From: Dehalococcoidia bacterium
Lineage (GTDB): Bacteria > Chloroflexota > Dehalococcoidia > Lucifugimonadales > CBDCYU01
Reading direction: 5' to 3'
NCBI GenBank assembly: GCA_965224345.1
Contig: CBDCYU010000003.1
Location: 905,748-969,747 of the forward strand
Length of the DNA stretch: 64,000 nucleotides
Below, piece after piece: positions 17,512 to 27,131 of this stretch; position 1 is the stretch's first letter, and every line of letters begins with the position of its first letter. The notes under the pieces are model-generated. The model ran no database searches. It saw only the letters and a list, made by a program, of their open reading frames with translations, and was not told where the DNA came from. A program made the translations under genes and the position numbers.

Positions 17512-19545
17512 CTACTGCTTGAAGAACCTCTGCTCCGGCCTGAAGGTGTACCACCACTGGTGGGACATATCGCTCGGAACGTTGCGGAAGTTGTTCTTGG
17601 TCACGACCAGGCCGAATATGGTCGGCGTGTTGCCCACGGTGCCGATAGTCCAGAGGTTGTCGACGTTGATGCGGAAGATCTCCTGGCCCAGCGCGACCTT
17701 CTCGTCGAATGTGGCCGAGTCTCCCTTGTCGTGGAGCTCGATCACCTTCGCCAGGTCTCCCCAGGGCTCGATGCCCTTCTCGCCCCCGGTGGCGTACCAG
17801 GTGCCCGTGAGGGGCCCTATCAACGTGCCGCTGTTGAAGGGCATAGTCCGATAGCGGCCCGTGAAGAGGTGCTCTGCGCCGCCGGCGTCCCAGATCATCA
17901 CCTGCAGCTCGTTTGCCCCCCTGCGGGCGACGTAGGCCGAGCGCTCGTTCTGGGTGAACTTCGTCTTGACTCCGACGTCCTCCCACATCTCCTTCACCAG
18001 CTCGCCGGTCTGGGGCCAGAAGGTGCCGAAGAGCTCGACCGCCGTGATCTCGATCTCCGCCACATCGCCACTGTCCAGCAGGCGGAAGCCGTCGGCGTTC
18101 TTGTCCGGCAGGATCCCGTCCAGTATCTCGTTGGCCTTTGCGGTGTCGTACTCTGTGTACTTGAAGGCATACTCGTCGCCAGGGTAGTAGGGATTGTTGG
18201 ACGGCACCACCATCTGGCGGCTCTCTCCAGCACCGAGGAAGACCAGCTGGAGGATCTTGTCGCGGTCCACCGCGTGGGAGAGGGCGATGCGGAAGTCGTT
18301 GTTCCGCATCAACTCGCCGATAGCCGGATCACCGGCTTCGTCCTGGCCATAGTTCTGGTTGAAGTGCAGCCCGGCGTCGGAGCCGGAAGCGCCCGGCCAG
18401 TACAGCACCCGGTAGTCCCCAGATTCGGTGTTCTTCTGCAGCGTCGGCACCGAGTCCATCCGGAGCTGCCTCGGCTGGTGGTCGAACTCTCCCGCTATGG
18501 TCCTCAGCGTCAGGACGTCTATGTCCTCCACCAGCTCGGCCACGATCTTGTCGATGTAGGGGAGCTGGTTGCCCTCCGGGTCCACCCCGTAGTAGTAGGG
18601 GTTACGCTCCAGGATCATCTGCTGCTCCCCACCCCTCGTCTTGGGCTGCCACGGGAAGAGGGACGGCGGGCCGGGCGCACCGCTCATGGTGGTTCTGCGG
18701 TCGTGCTTGTCCTCGAACAGCTGCGTCCACTTGTCGAAGCCCGCATCGGCCGTCAGCTTGTCGACCGCCGCTTGGCCGGCGTAGTCCGGGTGGAACTGCT
18801 CCATGTAGTGCCGGGGCAGATACGTCAGCGCCCCGTAGGACCACATGGCTATGTACTCTTCGAAGAGCCGGAAGTTGCCGGCGAAGGTAAAGGTGAAGGT
18901 GGTGTCGTCCACCACTTCGAACTTGCCAAGCTCGTCCAGGGTCCTGAACTGGGACGGCTTGACCGGCCAGAGCTCGTCGTTGAGGATCGTGTCCTCCCAC
19001 CAGAACTTGACGTCATCCGAGGTGAACGGCTCGCCGTCGTACCACTTGTGCCCCTTGCGGAGCTTGAAAGTGAAGACCTTGCCGTCGGGGGAGATCTCGT
19101 AGGACTCCGCCACCTGGGGTATGATCGTCACCTGGTCCGGGTCTATCGATAGCAGGCCCGCCGAGGTCCTGGAGGCCTGCACGGCCCTGTCGGTCCGGGC
19201 GGCGTAGGCGAACCTCCAGGTCCCGCCGTACTCTCCGATCTCCTCGAACACCGGCACCACCAGCGGGTTCTCCGGCAGCCGCTCCTCCACGGGGGGCAGG
19301 GTTCCGGCGCTCACCATGGCGGCCAGGTCGGGAGACTCGCTGTACCCCATCATCTCCGTCTCGTTGGCCATCGTCTCCGCGGCGGGCGTCTCAGCGGCCA
19401 TCATCTCCGCGGTTGGCGTCTCTTGGGCCATCATCTCCGCGGCGGGCGTCTCAGCGGCCATCATCTCCTCTTCTTCGCCGCCGCCACAAGCCGCCAGCAC
19501 CAGTAAGGCCGCCAGCGAAACCACTATCCAAGTCAACTTTCTCAT
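17512..19545 (-). CDS. Family-5 (Dpp/Opp-type) ABC substrate-binding lipoprotein with AETPAAEMM decapeptide-repeat linker
   Basis: Lipobox VLAAC. LERNPYYYGVDPEGNQLPYIDKIV block. About 70% identical by eye to the next gene. Confidence 0.9.
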   Translation of the reverse strand: MRKLTWIVVSLAALLVLAACGGGEEEEMMAAETPAAEMMAQETPTAEMMAAETPAAETMANETEMMGYSESPDLAAMVSAGTLPPVEERLPENPLVVPVFEEIGEYGGTWRFAYAARTDRAVQASRTSAGLLSIDPDQVTIIPQVAESYEISPDGKVFTFKLRKGHKWYDGEPFTSDDVKFWWEDTILNDELWPVKPSQFRTLDELGKFEVVDDTTFTFTFAGNFRLFEEYIAMWSYGALTYLPRHYMEQFHPDYAGQAAVDKLTADAGFDKWTQLFEDKHDRRTTMSGAPGPPSLFPWQPKTRGGEQQMILERNPYYYGVDPEGNQLPYIDKIVAELVEDIDVLTLRTIAGEFDHQPRQLRMDSVPTLQKNTESGDYRVLYWPGASGSDAGLHFNQNYGQDEAGDPAIGELMRNNDFRIALSHAVDRDKILQLVFLGAGESRQMVVPSNNPYYPGDEYAFKYTEYDTAKANEILDGILPDKNADGFRLLDSGDVAEIEITAVELFGTFWPQTGELVKEMWEDVGVKTKFTQNERSAYVARRGANELQVMIWDAGGAEHLFTGRYRTMPFNSGTLIGPLTGTWYATGGEKGIEPWGDLAKVIELHDKGDSATFDEKVALGQEIFRINVDNLWTIGTVGNTPTIFGLVVTKNNFRNVPSDMSHQWWYTFRPEQRFFKQ
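19366..19468. repeat. 30-bp tandem repeat (about 3.5 copies) encoding the AAETPAAEMM linker
   Basis: Copies at 19366-19395, 19396-19425, 19426-19455 and a partial copy from 19456. Unit is ggccatcatctccgcggcgggcgtctcagc. Confidence 0.8.
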
Positions 19546-19631
19546 CCGGTCCTCCTAAATAGGCTATCGGGGCTCTCCCAGAGCTGCCCGAGAATATGCG
19601 CAGGTAAATCCTGCGACCATCCAGTGGGCAG

Positions 19632-19660
19632 ATATTAGACTCCCACGGATGCGCTGTCAA
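19632..19660 (-). promoter_or_regulatory. Near-consensus promoter between the tandem SBP genes
   Basis: On the minus strand: TTGACA (19660-19655), 17-nt spacer, TAATAT (19637-19632). Confidence 0.5.
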
Positions 19661-19693
19661 TCCCAAGCCGTTGGTACGAAATGGACGTCGACT

Positions 19694-21709
19694 CTAGCGG
19701 AAGAAGAACTGCTCCGGCCTGAAGATGTACCACCACTGGTGCGGCTGGTTGCCCGGCACATTGCGGAAGTCGTTGCTGACGACCGCGATACCCAGCACGG
19801 CGGGCGTGTTACCCACGGTACCGATGGTCCAGAGGTTGTCCGCCTGCATTCGGAAGACCTCCTGGGCAAGCTCGATCTTCTCGTCGGGCGTTGCGCTGTC
19901 CGCCTTGTCGTGCAGCTCGATCACCCGCGCCAGCTCTCCAGTGGGCTCGACGCCCTCCTTTCCGCCGCTGGCGTACCATACCCCCGACAGGGGTGCGATC
20001 CTGGAGACGCTGCCGAAGGGCATGGTCCACCAACGGTAGGTGAAGAGGTGCTCGATGCCGCCGGTGTTCCAGATTGCTACCTGCTGCTCGTTGGACCTGA
20101 TCCTGGTGTAGTGGGCGCTGCGCTCCTCCTCCCTGTAGTCGACCTTGAGCGCCACCTCTTCCCACATCTCGGATACAAGCTCGCCGACCTGGGGCCAGAA
20201 GGTGCCGAAGAGCTCGACCGCCGTCAGCTCCAGGACGGCCTGGTTGCCGTCGGGCAGCAGCCTGAAACCGTCCGTGCCCTTGTTGGGCAGGATACCTTCG
20301 AGGATCTCGTTCGCCTTGGCCTGGTCGAACTCTGTGTACTTGAAGGCGTACTCGTCGCCGGGATAGAAGGGGTGACCCTTGGGGACCACGTTCTGTCGGC
20401 CCTCGCCCACCCCGAGGAAGACCAGCTGATTGATCTTATCGCGGTCTATCGCGTGGGACAGGGCGATGCGAAAGTCGAGGTTGCGGATCAGGTCGCCCAT
20501 TGCGGGCTTGGCGTCGTAGTTCTGGTTGAACATCAGCCCGGCGTCCTGGCCCTCTGCGCCGGCCCAGAAGATCACGCGGTAGCCCTGCTCGTCCGCACTC
20601 TTCCGCAGGGTAGGGACCGTGTCCATCGCAAGCTGCCGGTACTGCATGTCGAAGTCCCCGGCGATGGTCCGCAGCGACAGCACGTCGATGTCCTCTATCA
20701 GGTCCGCCACCACCCTATCGATGTAAGGGAGCTGGTTGCCATCGGGGTCCACGCCGTAGTAGTAGGGATTGCGCTCGAGGATCAGCTGCTGGTCTCCTCC
20801 CCTGCTCCTGGGCGACCACGGGTAGAGGGAGACCAGCTCGGCATTGCTGATGGTGTTTCGCCGGTCATGCTTGTCCTCGAAGAGCTGAGCCCACTTCTCG
20901 AATCCGGCGTCCGCTACCAGCTTGTCCACGTCTGCCTGAGGCGTGTAATCCGGGTGGAACTGCCGCATGTAGTGCTTCGGCTGGTACGCCAGCTCCCCGT
21001 AGGCGCGCATGCCTACATACTCTTCGAAGAGCCGGAAGTTGTCGGAGAAGCTGAAACTGAAGGTCGTGTCATCCACGATATCCAGCTTCCCCAGCTCTCC
21101 GCCCGTCCTGTACTGAGATGGCTTCACGGGCCAGAGCTCGTCGTTCAGGATTATGTCCTCCCACCAGAACCTTACGTCCTCGGTGGTGAAGGGCATCCCG
21201 TCGGACCACCTGTGGCCCTCGCGAAGGTTGAAGGTGAAGACCTTGCCGTCGGGGGATATGTCGTAAGACTCCGCCACCTGCGGAATGATCGTGACCTGGT
21301 CCGTATCGATCGACAGCAGCCCGGCGGATGTCCTGAGGGAGCCGTGGAACCGGTCGGTCCGTGCTCCGTATGCTAGGTTCCAGGTGCCGCCGTACTGCCC
21401 GATCTCCTCGAAGACCGGCACCACCAGCGGGCTCTCCGGCAGCCGCTCCTCCACCGGAGGGAGGGTCCCGGCGCTCACCATGCTCGCCAGATCAGGGGAT
21501 TCCCCGTAGGTCATCATTGCGGCGGGGGCCTCGGTCGGCATGGCGGTCGGTGCGGGAGCCTCGGTGGGCATCGCCGTAGGAGCCGCCATCACCTGCGTCG
21601 GCTCCGGGACTGCGGGGACTGCGGTGGCCTCCTCCTCGGCGTCGCCGCAGGCCGCCAAGGCCAACAGCAAGACGAACAGTGTAAGCGTCGTTAGTGCGAT
21701 TGCTTTCAT
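19694..21709 (-). CDS. Family-5 ABC substrate-binding lipoprotein (tandem paralog)
   Basis: ATG at 21709 preceded by GGAGG. Lipobox ALAAC. PTAMPTEAPA repeated linker. Collinear with 17512-19545. Confidence 0.9.
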   Translation of the reverse strand: MKAIALTTLTLFVLLLALAACGDAEEEATAVPAVPEPTQVMAAPTAMPTEAPAPTAMPTEAPAAMMTYGESPDLASMVSAGTLPPVEERLPESPLVVPVFEEIGQYGGTWNLAYGARTDRFHGSLRTSAGLLSIDTDQVTIIPQVAESYDISPDGKVFTFNLREGHRWSDGMPFTTEDVRFWWEDIILNDELWPVKPSQYRTGGELGKLDIVDDTTFSFSFSDNFRLFEEYVGMRAYGELAYQPKHYMRQFHPDYTPQADVDKLVADAGFEKWAQLFEDKHDRRNTISNAELVSLYPWSPRSRGGDQQLILERNPYYYGVDPDGNQLPYIDRVVADLIEDIDVLSLRTIAGDFDMQYRQLAMDTVPTLRKSADEQGYRVIFWAGAEGQDAGLMFNQNYDAKPAMGDLIRNLDFRIALSHAIDRDKINQLVFLGVGEGRQNVVPKGHPFYPGDEYAFKYTEFDQAKANEILEGILPNKGTDGFRLLPDGNQAVLELTAVELFGTFWPQVGELVSEMWEEVALKVDYREEERSAHYTRIRSNEQQVAIWNTGGIEHLFTYRWWTMPFGSVSRIAPLSGVWYASGGKEGVEPTGELARVIELHDKADSATPDEKIELAQEVFRMQADNLWTIGTVGNTPAVLGIAVVSNDFRNVPGNQPHQWWYIFRPEQFFFR

Positions 21710-21765
21710 CTGGTGCCTCCTAGTTGTCTGATTGGTTGCTCTCTGAATGTGTAGGGGTATACAAA

Positions 21766-22767
21766 TCACGCGCACTGGAGTTCTCTGGACTTTGGCTCGT
21801 CCATTATCTCACCGGGCTCCAGCGGATACGCCTCCTTCTGGTATACCTGGACTCGACTCGACAGGTGATCGACAATGTACATCCGCCCCTCGTCGTCCAG
21901 TCTGACCGAGATAGGCTCCCTCAGCCGCTTCTGTGGCTCCTGAGTGATCATCTCTCGAAGCCGAAGGGTCTTGGGATTGGAGCGCACGTACTCTATGGCC
22001 GCCTTGCCCAGGGTCGCATCCCCGATGAACTTGTCGACGTACCGGCCCGTGGCCGAGAACTGCTGGACCCTGTCGTTGCCCCAGTCGGCCACGTAGATGT
22101 CGCCGTCTCCGTCCACCTCCACGCCTGCGGGCCTGATGAGCTGTCCGTCCCCGCTCCCGGTGGAGCCGAGCTCGAAGATGAACTCTCCGTCTGCGGTGAA
22201 CTTCTGGACTCTGTCGTTCCTCCAGTCGGCTACGTAGACGTCCCCAAGCTCATCTATAGTGATCCCCCAAGGCATATCGAACTGCCCCTCGCCGTCTCCG
22301 CGGCAGCCCCACTTGAGCTGGAAGGCGCCGTCTCTGGTGAACTTCTGGACCCGGTGGTTCCTCGTGTCCGCGACGTAGATGTTCTCGTCCTTGTCCAGAC
22401 CGATTCCCGAGGGTCGGTTGAGCTGCCCGTCGCCGTCGCCGGGCTCGCCCCAGCTTCCCAGGAATTCACCCTCGCTGCTTAGGGTCGAGATCCGGTGCAA
22501 CGCCTCGTCGGACACGATCAGGTTCTCGTCCCTATCTCGGACGATGGCCGCTGGCCATGTGAACTGGCCGTCGCCGGAACCCACTCCGCCGATCATACCC
22601 AGGTCCTCGTCGTCCCAGTTGGTCCTCCTGATTCCGTCGGTCAACAAGACGTACAGTCGCCCCTCCTCACCGATGGCGATGTCCTTCGGCGACCTCAGCA
22701 TGAGGAGGTGTCCCAGGGTCGTAACGTAAGGAAACCCCGCTCTCAGCAGCGCGTGCGGCCTGCTCAT
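21766..22767 (-). CDS. NHL-repeat beta-propeller protein, no signal peptide
   Basis: Repeated blocks GxGDGQ(F/L)xxPxG(I/V)xxDxxGxxYVAD..N.RVQKF, about 5-6 times. Confidence 0.85.
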   Translation of the reverse strand: MSRPHALLRAGFPYVTTLGHLLMLRSPKDIAIGEEGRLYVLLTDGIRRTNWDDEDLGMIGGVGSGDGQFTWPAAIVRDRDENLIVSDEALHRISTLSSEGEFLGSWGEPGDGDGQLNRPSGIGLDKDENIYVADTRNHRVQKFTRDGAFQLKWGCRGDGEGQFDMPWGITIDELGDVYVADWRNDRVQKFTADGEFIFELGSTGSGDGQLIRPAGVEVDGDGDIYVADWGNDRVQQFSATGRYVDKFIGDATLGKAAIEYVRSNPKTLRLREMITQEPQKRLREPISVRLDDEGRMYIVDHLSSRVQVYQKEAYPLEPGEIMDEPKSRELQCA

Positions 22768-22830
22768 CGTCTAACTCTTCCCAGGTGTGCCTTGCCGCGT
22801 CGGAGTGGCAAATGCGTCATAGGACCCTGC

Positions 22831-23964
22831 CTATCCTGCGAACACCGATACGCCTTCGAAGCTGCCTCTGATCACCGCGGCGGGGTCCACTCCCAGCCAC
22901 TGCTCCAGTAGCGTGCCGTAGACGCCGCGAAAGTCGATCGTGTGTCGAAGATCACCCTCGACCCACTGATCGGGAGACAACGGTGGGTACTCGGAGTACA
23001 ACCCTCCCTTGACCCGGTCGCCGACGATGAAGGCGCCGCCTCCGGCGCCGTGGTCGGTGCCGCTCCCGTTGTCTACGAAGCGGCGTCCGAACTCTGAGAA
23101 CACCATGAGGACGACCTCATCGGATGCGTCGTGGTCCCTCATGTCCCGAATGAAATCGCTGATTGCGGCTGAGAGGTCCCTCAGCAAGACAGGGTGGCGG
23201 GCCACCTGGCTGGCATGCGTATCGTAGCCGCCGTGCTGCGTGTAGAAGACCCGCGCCCCAAGTCCTGCCAGATGCACTCTGGCCACGTCTCTGAGGCTCT
23301 GGGCTATAGGACTGTTGGCGTACTCCACGTCGGAGGAGTAACGGTCGGGAGCGGCCTTTAGCATGTCGGCGCCTACCAGCACGTCGTGAGCGGTATCCAT
23401 CAGGTACTCGTGGACCCGCCGCGTCCCTATCGCCTGGGCGTACATGCTCTTGAAGACCTCCAGCGCCTCTTCTCGCTGCCTCTCTTCGGCCATGCCGCCC
23501 ATTATGCCGTAGCTGTCCAGGTTTCCCACGGAGGTAACCGGTACGCCGGGAGCTGCCATCGCTCGCGGCAGCCCTCTACCGATGTTTATTCCGGTCAGGA
23601 CGTTCTCCTTATGCGGGTCCAGCTCGCGGACGGCCTTCCCCAGCCAACCCTCGTTTACAATCTCCTCCGGTTCGCAGGTGTGCCATATGTCCATCGCGCG
23701 AAAGTGAGACCGACTCGAGTCTGGATACCCGATCCCCTGGACGATAGCTACGCTGCCCTCATCGTACAGCTCCTTCAGGAGACCGGCGCTGGGATTGAAC
23801 CCAACCTCGTCGTCGATGGGCAACACCTGGTCTTGGCCCACTGCCACCGTGGGCCTGTTGTCGTAGTACACGTCGCTGGTGTAGGGAACGAGGGTGTCCA
23901 TGAAGTCGTTGCCCCCCGTAAGCTGAACGATCACCAGTACGGGTTGCTTGGAGCCATGTACCAT
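22831..23964 (-). CDS. DUF1501 domain protein (alkaline-phosphatase/sulfatase superfamily), no Tat signal
   Basis: LVIVQLTGGNDFMDT, SRSHFRAMDIWHT, GGYDTHA, FSEFGRRFVDNGSGTDHGAGG. Confidence 0.9.
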   Translation of the reverse strand: MVHGSKQPVLVIVQLTGGNDFMDTLVPYTSDVYYDNRPTVAVGQDQVLPIDDEVGFNPSAGLLKELYDEGSVAIVQGIGYPDSSRSHFRAMDIWHTCEPEEIVNEGWLGKAVRELDPHKENVLTGINIGRGLPRAMAAPGVPVTSVGNLDSYGIMGGMAEERQREEALEVFKSMYAQAIGTRRVHEYLMDTAHDVLVGADMLKAAPDRYSSDVEYANSPIAQSLRDVARVHLAGLGARVFYTQHGGYDTHASQVARHPVLLRDLSAAISDFIRDMRDHDASDEVVLMVFSEFGRRFVDNGSGTDHGAGGGAFIVGDRVKGGLYSEYPPLSPDQWVEGDLRHTIDFRGVYGTLLEQWLGVDPAAVIRGSFEGVSVFAG

Positions 23965-23994
23965 GAGACCTACCTCTCTCGAACGGTGCTCATT

Positions 23995-25386
23995 CTATGC
24001 GAACTGATATTCGGCAGAGGAGACTATGAGCTGGAGCATCTCCACAACGCGAGCGGCGCTCTCCTCCTTCGAGCCTGGTTCGAACCGTAGCGGATCCTGC
24101 GCTTCGGCACGCGCTATGAGAGCATCCCGCGTCGCGTTGGCGACGTCGATGGGGCCAATCAGATCCAGGCACTTGTCGACGAGCTCCTCGGGTGAGAGGG
24201 GACGTCCAGCGGAGCGCAATCGGGCGATGATGTCCTGGACCCCTGGCTTGGTAACGTCGGATACCTCATCGACCGCGAAGTTGACTCGTTCGTTCAAGGC
24301 GCCGCTATCGATCCACTCCATACCTGTATGCCAGCCTTCCACGGTAGGTGGATTGAACAGCTGCTGTCCCATGTTCATCGAGCCATTGAGCTTGCCGAAG
24401 TCCGGATCGGGGAACCGGTGGGTTCCCACCAGCTTGATGATCCCCGACATCAGCTCCACCGGGCTCTTGATCTTCCTGAACCGGGCCTCTTTGAAGGAAT
24501 CGAGGTTGAATAGCGTCCTGAGCACCGGGCGCATCTGACCGCCAGAGCTGCTGTACGCCTCGACCACTGCATCGACGGTGTCGGGGTCCTGTGGGGGTAT
24601 CCGGTTCCAGGTTGGCACGGGGGGCTCGTCGGCGACGAAGAAGTTGTACAGATGCCTGGCGACGAACCTGGGTGTGGCTGGCTGCCTCACGATGATGTCT
24701 ATGATGTCCTCGCCGTTGAATCGGCCCGTCTCTCCAAGGAAGGTCTTCTCGCCGTCGTCGTGGTCTTCCTCGAGATACTCGAACTCGCTGGGGTACACGT
24801 TGTAGGGGTGATGGGAGATGGGCTGTGTGAAGGTCCATCCGGTAAAGGCGTGGGCGGCCATCTTCACGTCCTCTTCCGTATAGTTCCCCTCGCCCATCGA
24901 GAACAGCTCCAGAAGCTCGCGGCCATAGTTCTCGTTGGGATCGCCCTCGCGATTCTCATTGTTGTCCAGCCAGTAGATCATCGACGGGTCCCTGGACAGG
25001 TCGATCAGGATCGTCCGTAGGTCCGACAGTCCGTTTCTGCGGAACGTGTCTATCTGAGCATACGAGGAGGGAGGATGGGCGGCCTTGGGCCACGACGTGG
25101 CGAACACCTGGTGCCAGAAGAGCGCCATCTTCTCCTCCAGCGGGCGTTTGCTGTTGATCATCCGGTACACCCAGTAGGCGTTCGATCCTGCCAGCCCCGG
25201 CGGAGCGACTGCCGTGTATCGGCGGACGACGTCGTCTTCGATGTCCGGGAACCGCTCCGGGGCGAGCAGGTCATCAACTATCTCAGCGTACCCCTTCGAA
25301 GCTAAGTCCTCCAGATCGCTCCTGGTGGCGCCAAAGCCGGCGCGGCGCATCAGATGGGAAATGAGGGCAAGGTCGCTACTGGACAC
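23995..25386 (-). CDS. DUF1800 domain protein
   Basis: LMRRAGFGAT, ALFWHQVFATS, MIYWLDNNEN, NENYGRELLELFSMG, HDDGEKTFLG. The GTG at 25386 has a GAGGA RBS 6 nt upstream and makes the N-terminus collinear with the paralog. The longest ORF would start at TTG 25461. Confidence 0.85.
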   Translation of the reverse strand: MSSSDLALISHLMRRAGFGATRSDLEDLASKGYAEIVDDLLAPERFPDIEDDVVRRYTAVAPPGLAGSNAYWVYRMINSKRPLEEKMALFWHQVFATSWPKAAHPPSSYAQIDTFRRNGLSDLRTILIDLSRDPSMIYWLDNNENREGDPNENYGRELLELFSMGEGNYTEEDVKMAAHAFTGWTFTQPISHHPYNVYPSEFEYLEEDHDDGEKTFLGETGRFNGEDIIDIIVRQPATPRFVARHLYNFFVADEPPVPTWNRIPPQDPDTVDAVVEAYSSSGGQMRPVLRTLFNLDSFKEARFRKIKSPVELMSGIIKLVGTHRFPDPDFGKLNGSMNMGQQLFNPPTVEGWHTGMEWIDSGALNERVNFAVDEVSDVTKPGVQDIIARLRSAGRPLSPEELVDKCLDLIGPIDVANATRDALIARAEAQDPLRFEPGSKEESAARVVEMLQLIVSSAEYQFA

Positions 25387-25496
25387 GGTCAGTCCTCTAC
25401 ACTCACTAGCATGGCGTCCGAACCGAACCGGCGTTAAGGCGAGGGCGCTACCCCGTTCCAACGCCGGATGGTGTCGGCGGGAGTAGGATTTCGGCT

Positions 25497-25525
25497 ATTA
25501 TAGCCATTTTATGCTATGCGTACAA
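25497..25525 (-). promoter_or_regulatory. Promoter for the leftward DUF1800 triad
   Basis: On the minus strand: TTGTAC (25525-25520), 17-nt spacer, TATAAT (25502-25497). The -10 lies inside the palindrome GGCTATTATAGCC (25493-25505). Confidence 0.45.
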
Positions 25526-25526
25526 A

Positions 25527-25555
25527 TTGACAACAACTGGTGGCGAGATTATAGT
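25527..25555 (+). promoter_or_regulatory. Promoter for the rightward DUF1800 triad
   Basis: TTGACA (25527-25532), 17-nt spacer, TATAGT (25550-25555), in an AT-rich intergenic region. Confidence 0.5.
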
Positions 25556-25614
25556 ACGGCATAGGTATATAGGGGTTGACCGATGCCCTAATCCGCTAGC
25601 TGGGAGGCACGCAG

Positions 25615-27018
25615 ATGGCTGACAGTGACATAGCGTTGATGGCGCACCTGATGAGCCGCGCTGGATTCAGGGCCGGCCGCGACGAGCTGGAGGCCCGGGC
25701 GGCAAATGGCTACGAGGCCACTGTGGAGGAGCTGCTCAGACCGGAGGAGCAGGAGCCTGTCGACAGGTACGAGCTCCTGAGGTACCAGACGTGGACGTGG
25801 AAGCCTGGGACTGTCCAGGGCATGGGCCACTCTACTTGGCTCCACCACATGATAAACACGCAGGCGCCCCTCCAGGAGAAGATGACGCTCTTCTGGCACG
25901 GTGTGTTCGCCACCGGGGTTTCGAAGGTCGACCACTGGGACGAGATCACCGACATGGTCGATATGCTCCGGGAGAAGGGCATGGGGAGCTTCCGAGACAT
26001 CCTGCTGGAGGTGGCCAGAAACCCGGCCATGATCTTCTGGCTGGACAACAACGAGAACCACGCCCGCGCGGTCAACGAGAACTGGGGAAGGGAGCTCCTG
26101 GAGCTCTTCAGCATGGGAGTGGGCAACTACACCGAAGACGACGTGAGAGTGTGCTCCCGGGCCTTCACGGGTTGGACGATCACCCCCAAGCTGCCCAGGT
26201 TCCCGATGGGCCGGTTCGACTGGTACTTCGAGTATAGGCCCGAGGACCACGACGACGGCGAGAAGAGCTTCCTAGGCCACACTGGCCGGCTCGATGGGGA
26301 AGACATCATCGACATAGTCTGCCGGCAGCCGGCCACGGCCAACTTCATCTGCCGTCACCTGTACAACTACTTCGTCGCCGACGAGGCGCAGGTGCCCGCA
26401 TGGTCGGTCACGCCGCCCAGGGACCCCGAAGCCATCGACACCCTGGTGGAGACCTTTACGGAGTCGGGCTACGACATCCGCTCGACCCTCCGGGTTCTTC
26501 TCAACTCGGACTTTTTCAAGGAGGCGCGCTCCGCACGGATGAAGAGCCCCGCCGAGGTCGTTGTGAGCACCCTGAGGCTGGCCGGAGGCTTCGAGTTCCC
26601 GGCGCCGGGGATCGGCAACATGGCCAGGCAGACGGGCTACATGGGCCAGGACCTGCTGAACCCCCCCAGCGTGGAGGGCTGGCACACGGGCTCCGAGTGG
26701 ATAAACAGCGGCTCGCTAATGCGGCGCACCAACTTCTTTGCGGACCTGGTCAGCGACGTGGACAGGCCAGGCATCCAGTCGATCATCGAGGATCTGAGGT
26801 CGCAGGGGGAGCTGTCTCACGAGGAGCTCGTGGACAGGTGCCTGGACTTGATGGGTCCCCTGGACGTCGACGGCGACACCCGGATGGAGCTGGTGAGCCA
26901 CGCCGCCGCCGAGGGGCCGCTCCGCTGGGGCCAGAACGGTGACGCCCCGGCCGCGGCGCAGAGGGTGTCGGAGATGCTGCAGCTGATAGTGTCGCTGAGG
27001 GACTACCAGTTCGCTTGA
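25615..27018 (+). CDS. DUF1800 domain protein (paralog)
   Basis: Same blocks as 23995-25386 (LMSRAGFRAG, TLFWHGVFATG, MIFWLDNNEN, NENWGRELLELFSMG, HDDGEKSFLG). GGGAGG RBS. Confidence 0.9.
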   Translation: MADSDIALMAHLMSRAGFRAGRDELEARAANGYEATVEELLRPEEQEPVDRYELLRYQTWTWKPGTVQGMGHSTWLHHMINTQAPLQEKMTLFWHGVFATGVSKVDHWDEITDMVDMLREKGMGSFRDILLEVARNPAMIFWLDNNENHARAVNENWGRELLELFSMGVGNYTEDDVRVCSRAFTGWTITPKLPRFPMGRFDWYFEYRPEDHDDGEKSFLGHTGRLDGEDIIDIVCRQPATANFICRHLYNYFVADEAQVPAWSVTPPRDPEAIDTLVETFTESGYDIRSTLRVLLNSDFFKEARSARMKSPAEVVVSTLRLAGGFEFPAPGIGNMARQTGYMGQDLLNPPSVEGWHTGSEWINSGSLMRRTNFFADLVSDVDRPGIQSIIEDLRSQGELSHEELVDRCLDLMGPLDVDGDTRMELVSHAAAEGPLRWGQNGDAPAAAQRVSEMLQLIVSLRDYQFA

Positions 27019-27131
27019 TCTTCCTAGCGCCCAGGACCCTTCCATTCGCCTCTCCCGAGCGTGGATGAGGGGTTGTGTGGGCAGCACTGCCGGGGTCTGT
27101 CGTAGGAGCCCAAGCTTAGAAGGAGACGTAG

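Noticed and set aside
19366-19468. Possible CRISPR array (regular 30-bp repeats), also considered for the VEK-repeat regions at 38351-38693 and 40171-40432
   Set aside because: The repeats are contiguous with no spacers, are in frame within SBP genes, and encode peptide repeats. No cas genes are present.
17560-21376. Long plus-strand ORFs (17560-19152 and 19649-21376) antisense to the two SBP genes
   Set aside because: Shadow ORFs. The minus-strand frames carry lipoboxes and family-5 SBP blocks.
25387-25461. TTG start at 25461 for the leftward DUF1800 gene
   Set aside because: GTG at 25386 has a better RBS and gives an N-terminus collinear with the paralog (VSSSDLALISHLM versus MADSDIALMAHLM). 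I kept it as an alternative only.
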